From Opitutales bacterium (GTDB lineage: Bacteria; Verrucomicrobiota; Verrucomicrobiia; Opitutales; PNEW01), in contig OY829953.1 in NCBI GenBank assembly GCA_963692525.1, positions 3,475,108 through 3,539,107 on the forward strand: a stretch of DNA of 64,000 nucleotides, in the 5' to 3' direction. The position numbers were made by a program, and so were the translations under genes. Under the pieces are notes generated by a model, which saw only the letters and a list, made by a program, of their open reading frames with translations, was not told where the DNA came from and searched no databases. Below, piece by piece: positions 1 to 9,083 of the stretch. How positions within the stretch are numbered: the first letter of the stretch is position 1; each line of letters begins with the position of its first letter.

Positions 1-1015
1 CCTCACAAGTCAGGTCCCGCGCCAACCGGTTGATCTCTTCCCAGAATGCATCAGTAATTTGAAAATCATTTCCCTGGTGACCCGCAAAATCACAGAGAGC
101 CATGTCCCTGGCGTAGTGAAAATACTGTTCTGCGGTATTTGTCCCCACGGTTTCCCCACTCTGACCATGGAGATCACCCCAGAATCTGTGCAGTTTACAA
201 GCGCGGTTAATGACCAATGATCCAAATTCAGCGCTTCCTAAGAGCGGATGCTCTGCGTAAATCCGCAATACTCCATCACTCTGGCAACTTACATTTGGAA
301 AAAGATGAGATCCCTCATTGAGCTCAATCTTTTCGGGCAAGGTATTTTCAGGGCCGCTGGTTTTTAACGAGACAGTCCCAGCAATAGATTCCTTAATCGC
401 ATTACCCCAAATATCCTCACCGCGCACCAGGAGTCTTGCCGGATGGATTGTAGAACCATCACCTGTAGCCAACGCCACCAGGTGATGCGGTTCGTTGGAA
501 ACAATTTTTAAGTGGGGATTTTCAGTAAGACTATCATATACCCCTGTCCCCAGGCTATCCACTACAATTTGAAAATCGAATTTATCCTGAACGAAGGTCT
601 GAGCGCGCGTCCCGCGGCCCCCATGGGAACAGTCGCCGTAGACAATTGTTATTTCATCACCTGATTCGAGAGGTGCATCGAGGACTTCAATAAAAAGATG
701 GGGCTGGTATGGCCGGATGTGGGCCCGCGCTCTCCAGCTGGATACCAACTGCGTTTCACTACGGGAACACGAGACAGTTAAATAATGATCTCCACTCGGA
801 TCATTCATCTGAGGAATCGCCCAATCGCTGGCAAATCGAAAAGCGACGCGGATTGATCCCCCATCGTCGATCCCTCCTGAGGGCACAAGGTATTTTATAG
901 TCCAAGTGCCCCAACAACCCGCCCGCACCGGATCACTCGGCGAGATCGTCGCCGATCCCGCCTCCGATTTCGGATTTCGGATTGCGGATTGCGGATTGGG
1001 CCTACCGGGTTTCAA
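1..1015 (-). CDS. DUF3604-like (PHP-type metallohydrolase) protein, 5' part; runs off the left edge
   Basis: Not in the ORF track (no stop inside the window). Manual translation gives an open frame from TTG at 1015, with GGAGG ~7 nt upstream, containing WGDLHGQSGETVGTNTAEQYFHYARD...DFAGHQGNDFQITD, typical of DUF3604 proteins. Confidence 0.75.
   Translation of the reverse strand, partial: MKPGRPNPQSAIRNPKSEAGSATISPSDPVRAGCWGTWTIKYLVPSGGIDDGGSIRVAFRFASDWAIPQMNDPSGDHYLTVSCSRSETQLVSSWRARAHIRPYQPHLFIEVLDAPLESGDEITIVYGDCSHGGRGTRAQTFVQDKFDFQIVVDSLGTGVYDSLTENPHLKIVSNEPHHLVALATGDGSTIHPARLLVRGEDIWGNAIKESIAGTVSLKTSGPENTLPEKIELNEGSHLFPNVSCQSDGVLRIYAEHPLLGSAEFGSLVINRACKLHRFWGDLHGQSGETVGTNTAEQYFHYARDMALCDFAGHQGNDFQITDAFWEEINRLARDLTCE
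966..1000 (+). repeat. Heptamer tandem array (GATTTCG/GATTGCG x5)
   Basis: gatttcg gatttcg gattgcg gattgcg gattggg read directly; lies inside the N-terminus of the DUF3604-like CDS. Confidence 0.9.
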
Positions 1016-1125
1016 AAATTATCCTCCATTTCATTATCTTTGGTTTGTCATAGCGCCTGTCGGCCATAGTCCCGCCACTGCGATGACAAAAGGAATCAAT
1101 CGACTATCGTCAGACGTCAATCTTC

Positions 1126-1207
1126 TTCAATCGGCAATCGACAATCAATCAGAAATCCGCATTCCGTACCGAGGGCGAAGGCCGACATCCCTCAAATCCG
1201 CCATTGC
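1126..1207 (+). repeat. Degenerate heptamer array in the inverted orientation (CGCAATC-type)
   Basis: ttcaatc ggcaatc gacaatc ... agaaatc cgcattc ... tcaaatc cgccatt. Confidence 0.7.
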
Positions 1208-1239
1208 ATATTAGCAAAATGCGTATTTCAATTTTCACT

Positions 1240-2133
1240 ATGACTAATCTACCAACAAACACTCTTGGGCGGACGGGGTTAGAAATCACACAGCTGGGCT
1301 ATGGCGGAGCAGCGATTCGAGGGAAGGTGCATGGAGGCTCTGAGATCAGCGATAAAGAAGCTGAACAAATCCTTCATAGTGTCCTCGATAGTGGCATCAA
1401 TTTCATCGATACCGCCCCCGATTACGGAGTGAGTGAAGATCTTATCGGTAAATTCATCAGCCATCGCCGCGACGATTTTTACCTCGCGACAAAATGCGGG
1501 TGTCACAACGATTCGGTGGGAACACCCCTGGATCCCGGTCATCAATGGACGGCGGAACAGTTTCACCATAACATTAATGAAAGCCTTAGACGTTTAAAAA
1601 CGGATTATGTCGACCTCATACAAATGCACAATCCAACGGTCGAGGAGGTTGAACAGAATAATTTAATTGAAGTCCTCCAGGAGATAAAGGATTCGGGCAA
1701 AACGCGATTCATCGGTGTCTCCTCGACCGCGCCGGACCTCATCCCCTTTGTAGAGATGGGCGTCTTTGATACTTTTCAGATTCCCTATACGCTCCTTGAT
1801 CGTGTGCACGAAGAGATGATCAGCGAAGCTGCAAAGTCTGGAGCTGGAATCATCATTCGCGGAGGTATCCCCGGGGCCCATACTGAAAGGGCCAAACAAT
1901 GGTGGCCATCGTGGGAACGCGCCCAACTCAATGAATTGTTAGGTGATATGAGTCCTTACCAGTTTGTTTTACGATTTACCCTCACCCATCCTGATTGTCA
2001 CACTAAAATTATGGGCTCGAAAGATTTATCCCATCAGCAATTAAATATCACCGCCGCTCGGGAAGGCCCGTTACCGAAAGCTCTATATGAGGAGGTATTA
2101 AAACGACTGGCGGAAATCAGTGACTCTCAGTGA
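1240..2133 (+). CDS. Aldo/keto reductase
   Basis: LGRTGLEITQLGYG, GINFIDTAPDYG, LATKCG, SLRRLKTDYVDLIQMH contain the D/Y/K/H tetrad; ATG at 1240 preferred as start. Confidence 0.92.
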   Translation: MTNLPTNTLGRTGLEITQLGYGGAAIRGKVHGGSEISDKEAEQILHSVLDSGINFIDTAPDYGVSEDLIGKFISHRRDDFYLATKCGCHNDSVGTPLDPGHQWTAEQFHHNINESLRRLKTDYVDLIQMHNPTVEEVEQNNLIEVLQEIKDSGKTRFIGVSSTAPDLIPFVEMGVFDTFQIPYTLLDRVHEEMISEAAKSGAGIIIRGGIPGAHTERAKQWWPSWERAQLNELLGDMSPYQFVLRFTLTHPDCHTKIMGSKDLSHQQLNITAAREGPLPKALYEEVLKRLAEISDSQ

Positions 2134-3343
2134 CGACTGAGCGCTCCACTGCTCTCTCGTCAATGGGAAGATGAACGACAGAAGCGGCCAGACCGAGCAC
2201 AACTCCTGCCCACCACATAGGTTCGTAAGACCCGGTGGTATCAAAGATGCGTCCACCCAGCCATATGCCTATGAAACTGCCCACCTGGTGACTGAGGAAA
2301 ACGATGCCAAAAAGGGTTGCCAGATAGCGGATGCCGAATATCTGCGCGACTATTCCAGTTGTCAGCGGTACTGTTGACAGCCAGAGAATCCCCATTGTTG
2401 CAGCAAAGAGGTAAACCGCGAATTCACTGGCCGGCGCGAAAATAAATGCGGTTATCACAACCGCCCGAAGAAAATAGATAACACTCAGGCCGTATTTCAT
2501 ACTCCAGCGCTGTCCCACCACCCCGGAGAGAAGGCATCCGACAATATTAAAAAGACCAATTAATGCTATAGCATAGCCCGCCACGCTTGGATCCAGTCCG
2601 ATATCCTTAATGTAAGCGGGAAAGTGAACGGTAATGAACGCGACGTGAAAACCGCAGACAAAAAACCCCATCGTCAAGAGCACATAACCGCGATGGCCCG
2701 ACGCCTCCCGCAGCGCTTCACTGAGGCTCTGTTCATCTGTCTCTATCTTGGTTCCAGCGGCACCCCCCGGTAGAACAAGAGCGAGCGGAATGAGAAGCAG
2801 GGAAGATGCAGCCAGGAGCATAAGAGAAAAATGCCAACCGTAAGCCGTAATGAAGCCCTGACTGATTGGTGAAAACAAAACCTGCCCCATGGAGCCTGCA
2901 GCGGTACCTAATCCGAAAACCAGTGAACGCTTTTCAGGACCAACCACCCGAGCCATCACGGCGAGTGCAAGCGAAAAACCGGTAAATGCGACCCCGAGTC
3001 CGGTCAGCAAACCGCCAAAAATGTGTAGCGCCAACGGAGCGGTTGACTCAGCCATGCCCCATATACCCGCTGCATAGATCAGGGCCCCAGCGGCAATTAC
3101 GCGCATCGGCCCATGGCGATCCGCGATCGCTCCCGCCAACGGCATGCATAAACCCCACATGAGATTTTGAATAGCCAATGCGAGGGCGAAAGTCTCCCGA
3201 TCCCATCCCCGCGCAACCGTCATCGGTTCGAGAAAAAGGCCCAAGACCGACCGCGCGCCAAAACCGATCACCGCGATCAGACAACCTGCAATAATAATGA
3301 CAATCGGCTTGCGCCAGGTGATAGGGTTACTATTGCCGATCAT
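2117..3343 (-). CDS. MFS transporter
   Basis: 408 aa, about 12 hydrophobic segments, motif A-like GAIADRHGP, GFFVCGFHVAFI. Confidence 0.92.
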   Translation of the reverse strand: MIGNSNPITWRKPIVIIIAGCLIAVIGFGARSVLGLFLEPMTVARGWDRETFALALAIQNLMWGLCMPLAGAIADRHGPMRVIAAGALIYAAGIWGMAESTAPLALHIFGGLLTGLGVAFTGFSLALAVMARVVGPEKRSLVFGLGTAAGSMGQVLFSPISQGFITAYGWHFSLMLLAASSLLLIPLALVLPGGAAGTKIETDEQSLSEALREASGHRGYVLLTMGFFVCGFHVAFITVHFPAYIKDIGLDPSVAGYAIALIGLFNIVGCLLSGVVGQRWSMKYGLSVIYFLRAVVITAFIFAPASEFAVYLFAATMGILWLSTVPLTTGIVAQIFGIRYLATLFGIVFLSHQVGSFIGIWLGGRIFDTTGSYEPMWWAGVVLGLAASVVHLPIDERAVERSVVTESH

Positions 3344-3346
3344 TGT

Positions 3347-3381
3347 GATTGCGGATGTCAGATTGCGGATTGCAGATTTGG
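3347..3381 (+). repeat. Heptamer tandem array, left flank of four-helix-bundle gene
   Basis: gattgcg gatgtca gattgcg gattgca gatttgg. Confidence 0.9.
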
Positions 3382-3433
3382 GAAATCGTTTTGTGCTTAA
3401 TATTTTAAGTGATTTATCCGATTCCTACTATAT

Positions 3434-3775
3434 ATGAGCCCTGATGTCATGAAGAAACTGACTAAAGCTTTCGCGATGCGAATATTATAGATGGCGGAAG
3501 CTTTACCAAAGAATTCAACGTCAAAGATTATTAGCCATCAAATCGTTCGATGTGGAACCTCAGTTGCGTCAAATTTCCGTGCTGCGTGCCGAGCAAGAAG
3601 CAAAGCGGAGTTCATTGCAAAACTAGGTATTGTGGAAGAAGAAGCAGATGAAACATTATTTTGGTTAGAACTGATTGAAGAATCAGGTATACTTACTTCG
3701 AACCTTATTCAAGAAATCAAACGGGAAGCGAACGAAATTACTGCTATTATCGTCGTCTCACTCAAATCTGCTTAG
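3434..3775 (+). pseudogene. Four helix bundle protein (23S rRNA IVS protein / bAvd-like family) with in-frame TAG at codon 19
   Basis: ATG 3434 gives MSPDVMKKLTKAFAMRIL*MAEALP...QIVRCGTSVASNFRAACRARSKAEFIAKLGIVEEEADETLFWLELI; TAG at 3488-3490. Could still be expressed truncated from ATG 3491. Confidence 0.8.
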
Positions 3776-3818
3776 TCCAACAAAAGACATAATTAAATTT
3801 TCAATTGCTTCAACCTTT

Positions 3819-3839
3819 AGCAATCTGCAATCCGCAATT
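3819..3839 (+). repeat. Heptamer array, right flank (inverted relative to 3347-3381)
   Basis: agcaatc tgcaatc cgcaatt is the reverse complement of GATTGCN units. Confidence 0.85.
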
Positions 3840-3850
3840 GATATGAATTT

Positions 3851-4315
3851 CTACTCTTCGATGACGAGAGAAAACCGATCCGCGTTTATTTTTCGGAACA
3901 TTCCTGTGGCAAGATCACCATCATCAAGTTGACTATCCAGTTGTGTCATCTGCTGGCTGGTGACATTGCCGTTGCGAATACTAATGGCCGCGGTTACGCC
4001 CCAGTCGTTATTGTCCCAAATCCATTGACCCCCCACTGGTGAGTCTAACCATGTTGCGGGCAAATATTCATTCATACCGACAGGCATGGAACCAAATCCT
4101 CCATCGGGGGGATATGCACCTGTTTCTAATGCGAAGCGCTTGAATGCTTCGGCATGGATTCGGTAATCGTTCATAAGACGTGAATTTATTGACTTTGTAT
4201 TGGCCTGTCTAAATGCGGGTATCGCAAATGAAGCCAATAGGCCAACAATGACGACAACAATCATCATTTCTACAAGGGTAAACCCATGCGACTTCATAAT
4301 TTGCGATTTTTTCAT
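3851..4315 (-). CDS. Prepilin-type N-terminal cleavage/methylation protein (type IV pilin / GspG-like pseudopilin)
   Basis: G|FTLVEMMIVVVIVGLLASFAIP class III signal peptide with Glu at +5. Confidence 0.9.
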   Translation of the reverse strand: MKKSQIMKSHGFTLVEMMIVVVIVGLLASFAIPAFRQANTKSINSRLMNDYRIHAEAFKRFALETGAYPPDGGFGSMPVGMNEYLPATWLDSPVGGQWIWDNNDWGVTAAISIRNGNVTSQQMTQLDSQLDDGDLATGMFRKINADRFSLVIEE

Positions 4316-4484
4316 TTTCAACTAATAATTATACACGAATTTCAGGTAAGCTTTTTGATCATTATTCGCTATACAGAACCCGGATTAATCTTTGTCAAGT
4401 TTTTGTAATTGTCTCATTGTGAATATACTATTTCGCCTCTAATCCCTTTCGATGAAATTACTTTTTCGCGGCGCTCTATCCGCG

Positions 4485-4509
4485 TTATCCACAGGATAAT
4501 TTATCCAAC
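4485..4509 (+). promoter_or_regulatory. Perfect DnaA box TTATCCACA with adjacent degenerate boxes
   Basis: TTATCCACA at 4485-4493 and TTATCCAAC at 4501-4509 in a ~700-bp intergenic region; function not shown. Confidence 0.3.
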
Positions 4510-5021
4510 TTTCACCTCTCGGTGTGTCTTAAAAAAACGAGTCGTAATATTGCATTTGTAAACGCATCAAATCAGAACCCTCCATTTTAAGATGTGAGAA
4601 TTATTCGCTTCGATACCCAAAAGGCTAAACAACTGAGCTTGTATTTCGTTTTTCATCGCTTGCTCCTTTCATGTCACTGATTGATAAACGCGTAATCCCC
4701 AGGCCAAGCATAAGCTTTTATTATAAAGTATTAAAATCATTTATACTATGATTGCACCCTATTAGCAACTTTTAAAGACCCTATTTTTACAGTTTAACAT
4801 TTTATTGACCAATAAGTTACAAATTTTTAACAGGTGGTTTTTTAAGCGGATTTTCATTCCCAGGGAGACAATTTAAGCCAGATATTCTAGAATGTGGATT
4901 TCCAAAAACACACGGTCGAAAAATTGCTCAACACCCGCCACAGTAGATTAGCGTATCTTCACAATTGTAATCGTACTATAATTGAATACAGTTGAATAAT
5001 ACAGAATCATCCGGCAAAGAA

Positions 5022-6230
5022 ATGCTTCATAAGCGCATAACCATAGCTGCAATTTCTAGCCTCACTTTAATCATCATAACTGGGGTCTGGATTGTATTCA
5101 GTCACCGCGGTAATGATCGTCCACAAACGCGTAGTGTTTCTGAAATACAAGCTGTGCAAGAAAGTAATATTCATCCAGACAAGGTAGATACGGTTACGAA
5201 ACTTGAAGGAGTCCCCGATATTACTGAAGGTGAAATTAACAATACGCTGCAAGTACGATTTAACCTGATCAATGAGACATATGAAAATATTATCGCTAAT
5301 CCAAATCCGAAAACGAGAAATAACCTTATCATTAGTTTAAGAAAAAAATTAATTTCTGATCCGTCGAACGAAAACACCCAAGCCATTCTTCAATTCCTCG
5401 AGTTGGGCCTGGATGTGGAAACGGGCTCCGGTTTTCACGTTGATAAAAGAGGTTTTCTCTCTGCATCCCCTACTTTTCGCGTCACTCTAATCGATGTACT
5501 GGGAATTATTAATCCCACGATGGCGGCGGACTACGCGGATCAGGTTTTTGCGACAAAAAAATCTGCTGACGAGTGGGCCATTTCGCTACGCAATGTCGCG
5601 TGGAATAATCCTGAATCCCGCGGTGTTCCACTGCTAAAGGAAAAATTATTTGCAGCATTAACCCATAAACCCTGGCTGGAAAATCCAAGTGCGGGATTCC
5701 TTCATAGTTTTGACGTCGCTGTTTACACTCAATCGTCATCGCTCATTTCTGAATTTACGGCCATGTTGGATCGAGAGAATTCGGACATACTTTCACACGC
5801 CGCGATTATGGCGATGGATAAAATGATTCTCGACAACCCCGCACCGGCATTGAACTTTTTTTTAGAGAACCCCGGTCTCTTAGCTGACCGCCCCCATACA
5901 CGCGCGGGGTTTTTTTCCCGCGCGGACGTCTCAGATTCAAGCCAGGGGAAATTAGTAGAAAGCTATTTAGCGCAACCCAACCTCTCATCTGAAGAAGCTG
6001 AGACCTTCGCCAAATTGTTTCCCAACTTCAATTTGATAATGTCCAACAACTTGCTGACTGAGAATAACACCTATACATTAAGTGAAATGGCTCAGATTGA
6101 TCGAGCCAGCCTGGGTCAAGCTGAAGACTGGCTGACCGATAGCCGCTACCGACATTTGATACCGCAACTTGAAATCCTGATTACACGCTTACATGACACT
6201 ATTTCATCCGCGGAAAGAGGCGGTTATTAA
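5022..6230 (+). CDS. Hypothetical protein, N-terminal membrane anchor, helical periplasmic domain
   Basis: Long ORF with one hydrophobic segment (ITIAAISSLTLIIITGVWIVF); start either 4992 (TTG) or 5022 (ATG). Confidence 0.8.
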   Translation: MLHKRITIAAISSLTLIIITGVWIVFSHRGNDRPQTRSVSEIQAVQESNIHPDKVDTVTKLEGVPDITEGEINNTLQVRFNLINETYENIIANPNPKTRNNLIISLRKKLISDPSNENTQAILQFLELGLDVETGSGFHVDKRGFLSASPTFRVTLIDVLGIINPTMAADYADQVFATKKSADEWAISLRNVAWNNPESRGVPLLKEKLFAALTHKPWLENPSAGFLHSFDVAVYTQSSSLISEFTAMLDRENSDILSHAAIMAMDKMILDNPAPALNFFLENPGLLADRPHTRAGFFSRADVSDSSQGKLVESYLAQPNLSSEEAETFAKLFPNFNLIMSNNLLTENNTYTLSEMAQIDRASLGQAEDWLTDSRYRHLIPQLEILITRLHDTISSAERGGY

Positions 6231-6291
6231 TAGGGTACTTAATGCTTAATTTAATGTCTCTAGAGGAATAAAACCAAAAGAACAATCGGAC

Positions 6292-8856
6292 GTGCCTAAC
6301 GATCAGACAAAATCACCCTTATTTTCGTGTCATCGATACTTGTTGACGGTTATTGTTTACTTTATCCTTAACTGTTTTCTCCCTTTGCATGCGCAAAAGG
6401 TTCCTCTTCCGCTACCCGACGATCAAATTTTTGAATACCCCTTTAACATGGGAGGGAAGGTTTCTTCGTCCTTAGGCGAAGGCTCGGGCACCGCGATAGC
6501 GGATAAAGTAGTCCTTTCCGTCTCCCATGTCTTTTTTGATAACGAGACGGTGGACTGGCGATCGGGCCCTTTTAATTGGAATCCGCAGCATTCACCGACA
6601 AATCGAAATTTTAAGCTGACTGCTCGCTCCTACCGTTCATTTTCTGATTATGCAAAAGCGACGCGCCTTTTTGATCCGGGTAAAGGGAATACTTCGTTTG
6701 AGCAAATAAATCTGGATGTTATCAGTCTCCTGTTTTTCGAAGATGTAGCTAATGGTGGTCACGCGGGATGGGGCAGCAACTTGATCGAGAGGAGTATTTT
6801 AAAAATGATTGTTGGTTATCCCGATCTCGGCTACGGATTTTTTGATCCCAGACTCGATACGATGCATTCGACCAGTTTACTGGGCAGTGCGGCTGATTTT
6901 AATCTCGTTAACTATAATGACCGGTTAAATAACACACGGCGTTTTTATAAAACAAGTGACCTTTCAACCGGCCCCGGTAATAGCGGCGGACCTGTCTATG
7001 GACTTATTACCCTACCCGACGGAACGACCGACTGGGCGGTAATAGGCCTCGTGGTCGGTGAAATCCCCAACGAACAATTATTTGCCTTAGGCATCGATCA
7101 GGAGGTTTCTGAATTAATAAAATCTGCTGAATCTGATACTCAATCCTCACCCACAGACGATCACGGAGATTCCCGCGACACCGCTACTACCGTGCTTCAA
7201 AACAGTACGATAGTCGGAGATATCGAAACGACTTCTGACTTGGATTACTTTCGCATCGAAGTAAATAAACCTGGCACCCTCTCAGCCTTCACTACTGGAA
7301 ATACAGACACTATTGGAATATTACAAAATGGTTTTGGAAACATAATCGCAATTGATGATGAAAGTGGCGCGGGAAGAAATCGTGGGAACGCAAAACCTAG
7401 ATTTACGACGGGAAATACAAATACATTTGAGAATACGGACTCCGATGAAGTCCGCCAAAAAACCCTGGGGAACTTTAGCTCCCTTGCTGCTGACCCCGTT
7501 TCGGGCAGTAATTTTCTCCTCTCGAATCAAGTTGATCCCGGGACTTATTATATTCTGGTCAGTCACTACAGTGACGATGGTGTCGGGTCTTATGAATTCC
7601 ATCTCGATTTTAAAGAGACGACTCTACTACCAGACCTCGTTGTGAATTCACTTAACGTGGTGAGCAACTCGGTGCTGGCGGGCGAAAAATTGTTAGTTGA
7701 TTTCTCCCGGAGCAATAAGGGTGGAGAAATTACCGGTGAATTTATTCACGGCCTCTACTTTTCTGAAGATAATAATATCACGACCAAAGATATGAATTTA
7801 ATAAACTTCACGGGGGTGAATATATCAACGGGTAGCCCCGAGGGAAACTATTACGAAGTCATTATTCCAGAAGTTACCGAACCGGGGACTTATTACCTGG
7901 GTTATATTATCGATCCATTTGAGCAAATAAATGAAGGGGATGAAAATAACAACACCGGTTATGTTGAAATTAATGTTACCGATATAGAAACCATCGATAG
8001 TAGCCAGGGGCAGGAAGATGATATTATAATTAAAGGATGGGGTAATGTTGTCGGTGAGAACATTATCCACCACAATGGGAATGTATACAACCAGGTGCTG
8101 CTTACGGGTCCCTTTGCCATGCTGCGTGCCAGGACAGACGAAATCACACGCGTCGCTTTTCTCGATGAAAACGATGATATTGTGCAAGTGGAATTTTCCG
8201 GTAACGCAGTGGTCACGATTGCGCTCGACTCAAATCAATTACCTTTAGTTACCCTGCCCGAAAAATATAATCAGAACGTGATGTACGCAAAAGGGCGGGC
8301 ACGCGTATCAGTTGAGAGTGCGGACGAAAATACTTTTTTAAGCATATACACAGTAGGATCAATTAACGCCGATAACAAAGCGCTGTTTCCCGAAGGGGAA
8401 ATCTACGACGCTATGGCGGATGTCTCCCTCTTAGAAATTAGAAATTCCATTGGGTTCGGCGCTATTCATTGCGCGAATACACGTTTTACCGGATCTTCGG
8501 GGAAAGTCGGGATTGATGCACTCGGTGTGCCGGTTGCCATCCGTGTCCTTATCGGAGATATTGACGCGTCCGAGGACGCCGTGCCGTACCTGCGCTTTGG
8601 TGAAGAATCATTTACCGTGGATGCCCCTAACGCCGGCTTGCGGATCACGGGAGGTGACCTGGTTCAAAGCAATGGTGCTTCTATCATTGTCGCCGCGAGC
8701 GGCTCAGAAACCCCGGGGTTTAATACTTTGATTACACAAAGCAACTTTAAGTCTGATGGGACGCTGTTGCCCTCGCAGAACATTGGCATTGATGTCTCTT
8801 TTTCCAATATTAACGGATGGAAAATCAATGTCATTTCAGAGATTGAGGGGCCGTAA
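6292..8856 (+). CDS. Secreted trypsin-like serine protease with PPC-like, CARDB-like and shared ~275-aa C-terminal domain
   Basis: Signal peptide ending PLHA; triad candidates VSH, NLD, GNSGGP; DDHGD...DLDYFRI...PGTYYI (PPC-like); PDLVV...GTYYLGYIIDP...INEGDENNN (CARDB-like). Confidence 0.85.
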   Translation: MPNDQTKSPLFSCHRYLLTVIVYFILNCFLPLHAQKVPLPLPDDQIFEYPFNMGGKVSSSLGEGSGTAIADKVVLSVSHVFFDNETVDWRSGPFNWNPQHSPTNRNFKLTARSYRSFSDYAKATRLFDPGKGNTSFEQINLDVISLLFFEDVANGGHAGWGSNLIERSILKMIVGYPDLGYGFFDPRLDTMHSTSLLGSAADFNLVNYNDRLNNTRRFYKTSDLSTGPGNSGGPVYGLITLPDGTTDWAVIGLVVGEIPNEQLFALGIDQEVSELIKSAESDTQSSPTDDHGDSRDTATTVLQNSTIVGDIETTSDLDYFRIEVNKPGTLSAFTTGNTDTIGILQNGFGNIIAIDDESGAGRNRGNAKPRFTTGNTNTFENTDSDEVRQKTLGNFSSLAADPVSGSNFLLSNQVDPGTYYILVSHYSDDGVGSYEFHLDFKETTLLPDLVVNSLNVVSNSVLAGEKLLVDFSRSNKGGEITGEFIHGLYFSEDNNITTKDMNLINFTGVNISTGSPEGNYYEVIIPEVTEPGTYYLGYIIDPFEQINEGDENNNTGYVEINVTDIETIDSSQGQEDDIIIKGWGNVVGENIIHHNGNVYNQVLLTGPFAMLRARTDEITRVAFLDENDDIVQVEFSGNAVVTIALDSNQLPLVTLPEKYNQNVMYAKGRARVSVESADENTFLSIYTVGSINADNKALFPEGEIYDAMADVSLLEIRNSIGFGAIHCANTRFTGSSGKVGIDALGVPVAIRVLIGDIDASEDAVPYLRFGEESFTVDAPNAGLRITGGDLVQSNGASIIVAASGSETPGFNTLITQSNFKSDGTLLPSQNIGIDVSFSNINGWKINVISEIEGP

Positions 8857-9031
8857 TCAGTGCAATGGCTGTGTTAAGTTTTAGCTTTTAGGTGTCAGGT
8901 TAGAGAAAAGCCATCCCTTGAATGTGAAGAAAATCAGCTAATTTTCGATACTTTCGCCAATTCTGGTTTTTTTTCATTGATCATCTCACTTGTAAACAAA
9001 ATAATAATCTTTATATATCAGACTTTTTTAA

Positions 9032-9059
9032 CTGACCTGTCGTGCTATTGGCAGGTCAG
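9032..9059 (+). promoter_or_regulatory. 10-bp stem-loop in korA leader
   Basis: CTGACCTGTC-N8-GGCAGGTCAG (one G:U pair), ending 24 nt before the korA ATG. Confidence 0.4.
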
Positions 9060-9083
9060 GGGGGAAAATAAAGATAAAACATT

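Noticed and set aside
906..1214. 102-aa plus-strand ORF (DFGFRIADCGL...QSAIDNQSEIRIP)
   Set aside because: It is a translation of the heptamer arrays and overlaps the better-supported minus-strand DUF3604-like CDS.
3434..3796. Amber (TAG) recoding suggested by two in-frame TAGs
   Set aside because: TAG is the normal stop of several intact genes here (e.g. ends at 3851, 17136, 20531, 36158); nonsense mutation is simpler.
3347..3839. Diversity-generating retroelement (Avd-like gene)
   Set aside because: No reverse transcriptase and no TR/VR pair with adenine-specific mismatches seen in the window.
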